The notes beneath the pieces are model-generated. The model had not been told where the DNA came from and did no database searches. It saw only the letters and a list, made by a program, of their open reading frames with translations. Source: Micrococcus luteus NCTC 2665 (GTDB lineage Bacteria; Actinomycetota; Actinomycetes; Actinomycetales; Micrococcaceae). Taken from it: 32,000 bases of DNA. The position numbers and the translations under genes are program-made. Below are positions 31,847 through 32,000 of this stretch, piece after piece. Every line of letters begins with the position of its first letter. Positions within the stretch are counted from its first letter, which is position 1. The DNA is taken from positions 690,001 through 722,000 of the forward strand of contig NC_012803.1 of NCBI RefSeq assembly GCF_000023205.1, read 5' to 3'.

Positions 31847-32000
31847 ATGACCAGCGTGTCCACCGTTCCCTTCCACGACGGCCAGCAGATCCCGCAGCTC
31901 GGACTCGGCGTGTGGCAGGTCGAGGACGACGTCGCCGCCGACGTCGTCGAGCAGGCGATCCGCGCCGGCTACCGCCACATCGACACCGCCGCGATCTACG
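31847..32000 (+). CDS. Aldo/keto reductase (2,5-diketo-D-gluconate-reductase-like), 5' part only
   Basis: caggag RBS, then MTSVSTVPFHDGQQIPQLGLGVWQVEDDVAADVVEQAIRAGYRHIDTAAIY. Runs off the window. Confidence 0.75.
   Translation, partial: MTSVSTVPFHDGQQIPQLGLGVWQVEDDVAADVVEQAIRAGYRHIDTAAIY

Overview
This is a high-GC actinobacterial-type window, with strong G/C third-position bias in real genes and many long antisense shadow ORFs. All family names come from motifs I recognise in the supplied translations. No database search was possible.

Chromosomal genes sit at both ends:
- Left: a pabB/trpE-family gene (partial, minus strand, missing from the ORF track), an ACR3/BASS-type transporter, dnaG primase, a PepSY lipoprotein and tRNA-Asn(GTT).
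- Right: an alpha/beta hydrolase, a DUF72 protein, an SDR oxidoreductase, a nucleoside hydrolase and a partial aldo/keto reductase.

Between them lies an accessory island of about 22 kb (roughly 5505-27900) that begins directly 3' of tRNA-Asn. It contains three parts:

1. A T4SS-type actinobacterial conjugative element.
   - It opens with a divergent XRE/XRE switch.
   - A translationally coupled operon follows: HTH protein, DUF2637 membrane protein, winged-helix initiator-like protein carrying a 45-bp x4 internal repeat array, ECF-like sigma factor and a small single-TM protein.
   - The transfer operon follows: small 2-TM protein, VirB6/TrbL-like protein, SCO6880-like protein, VirB4-like ATPase, TraG/VirD4-like coupling protein, HNH-like protein, Cys-rich protein, DUF4913-like protein and one unknown.
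   - I could not recognise a relaxase or a tRNA-proximal integrase.
   - An IS256-family element with an 8-bp TSD sits exactly on the TGATG stop/start junction between the SCO6880-like and VirB4-like genes.
2. An IS graveyard at 21.2-24.7 kb.
   - Two diverged IS5-family copies lie head-to-tail and share a single TA within a CTAG target. One copy has a frameshifted orfB.
   - It also holds an IS5-family 3' remnant, a 22-nt poly-G tract and an IS3-family element.
3. A Tn554-like three-gene recombination module: two tyrosine recombinases plus a small third protein, with coupled GTGA/ATGA overlaps. The IS3 insertion splits the first recombinase six codons after its start.

No CRISPR array or rRNA was seen.
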